DNA from: Mobula hypostoma
Lineage: Eukaryota
DNA: 64,000 nucleotides
Assembly (NCBI RefSeq): GCF_963921235.1
Contig: NC_086108.1
Span: forward strand, 103,666,001-103,730,000
Reading direction: 5' to 3'
Below are positions 62,901 through 64,000 of the stretch, in pieces. Below the pieces are notes generated by a model. That model ran no database searches. It saw only the letters and a list, made by a program, of their open reading frames with translations, and was not told the DNA's origin. The position numbers and the translations under genes are program-made. Position 1 is the first letter of the stretch. Every line of letters begins with the position of its first letter.

Positions 62901-64000
62901 GTTGAACTCAGCAGGTCGGGCAGCATCAGTTAGAAACGATGAGTCGACGTTTTGGGCTGGAACCCTTCATCAGGACTGAAGAATGAAAGATGGAGAAGGA
63001 TTTGAAGAATGCTTGTATCTTCAGTTGAAAGACCAGTAATTTGAAAGACAAAGGGGTGGGGGAGGGGAAGCATTGACGTCATAGCCCTTGAAAACAATGG
63101 GTAGTAGAAGGAGGAGGCGGAACCATGAGGGAGCTGGGGGAGGGGGTAGAGTGAAATAGGGATAGAGGAAGGGAGGGGGAGGGAATTACCGGAAGTTGGA
63201 GAATTCTATGTTCATACCAAGGGGCTGGAGACTACCTAGACGGTACATGAGGTGTTGCTCCTCCAACCTGAGATTAGCCTCATCATGGCAGTAGAGGAGG
63301 CCATGTATGGACATATCTGAATGGGAATGGGAAGCAGAGTTGAAGTGGATGGCTACCGGGAGATCCTGTCTGTTGTGGCGGATGGAGTGGAGGTGCTTGA
63401 TGAAGCGGTCCCGACTATAAAAAGCCCACTGACTCTCATAACTACCTCGACTATATCTCTTCCTACCCAGCCACATGCACTGAGCTCGTCAATTTCATCG
63501 ACTTTACTTCAAACTTCCACCCAGCCCTCAAATTCACTTCCTCTATCTCGGACACTTCTCTCCCCTTTCTCAATGTCTCAGTCTCCATCTCTGGAGACAG
63601 ACTGTCCACTGACATCTTCTACAAGCCCACTGACTCTCAAAACTACCTCGACTATACCTCTTCCCACCCCGCCACATGCAAAATGCCATTCCCTATTCCC
63701 AGTTCCTCGGTCTTCGCCGCATCTGCTCCGAGGATGAGGCTTTCCGTTCCAGAACATCTCAAATGTCCTCTTTCTTTAAGGATCGTGGTTTCCCTTCTAC
63801 CGTCATCAATGATGCCCTCACCCGCATCTCCTCCATTTCCCGCACTTCGGCCCTCACCCCATCCTCCCGCAACTACAACAGGGACAGAGTTCCCATTGTC
63901 CTTACCTACCACCCCACCAGCCTCCGGATCCAGCACATTATCCTCCGCAACTTCCGCCACCTTCAACAGGACCCCAGCACTAAGCACATCTTTCCCTCTC
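62901..64000 (+). mobile_element. Penelope-like retroelement with inverted 3' segment; runs off the window
   Basis: 62901-63412 is the minus-strand GIY-YIG C-terminus and terminal repeat. 63413 onward is plus-strand RT (TDIFYKPTDSQNYLDY, RVPIVLTYHP). Confidence 0.9.

Noticed and set aside
62488..62979. Domesticated TIGD-like gene
   Set aside because: The DDE core is deleted, a TIR is present, and the ORF runs into Penelope sequence.
46599..64000. MIGA1 exon 4 (expected ..SSSRQNL..SGSAQSLAS..)
   Set aside because: No matching exon seen in the non-repeat segments. It is probably beyond the window, although a diverged exon could have been missed.

Overview
Vertebrate genomic DNA, most likely a cartilaginous fish (ray or shark), inferred from the repeat content: HE1-type V-SINEs, DeuSINE remnants and abundant CR1, Rex-Babar and Penelope elements. 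Two host genes are recognisable by exon translation and canonical GT-AG boundaries, arranged head-to-head. USP33 is on the minus strand, with a CpG/CCAAT promoter at ~21.5-22.1 kb and three ZnF-UBP coding exons at 6587-6664, 3016-3069 and 2865-2927. MIGA1/FAM73A is on the plus strand, with a promoter at ~38.6 kb and exons at 39151-39297 and 46400-46598. Most of the rest is decayed transposable element (CR1, Rex-Babar, RTE, L1, Tx1, Penelope, Tc1, pogo/Tigger, hAT, PIF/Harbinger, SINEs), often nested with readable target-site duplications (TSDs). Nearly all ORFs in the track are TE fragments or noise. I found no convincing new multi-gene system. The most interesting items are a twin-primed (5'-inverted) RTE composite abutting the MIGA1 promoter, Penelope-borne minimal hammerhead ribozyme motifs, a 78-bp near-perfect inverted repeat in a MIGA1 intron, a 35-bp-phased CCAAT array at the USP33 promoter and a GATA/TAL1/RUNX/ETS motif cluster. 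Family assignments and comparisons with human proteins are from memory, not database searches.
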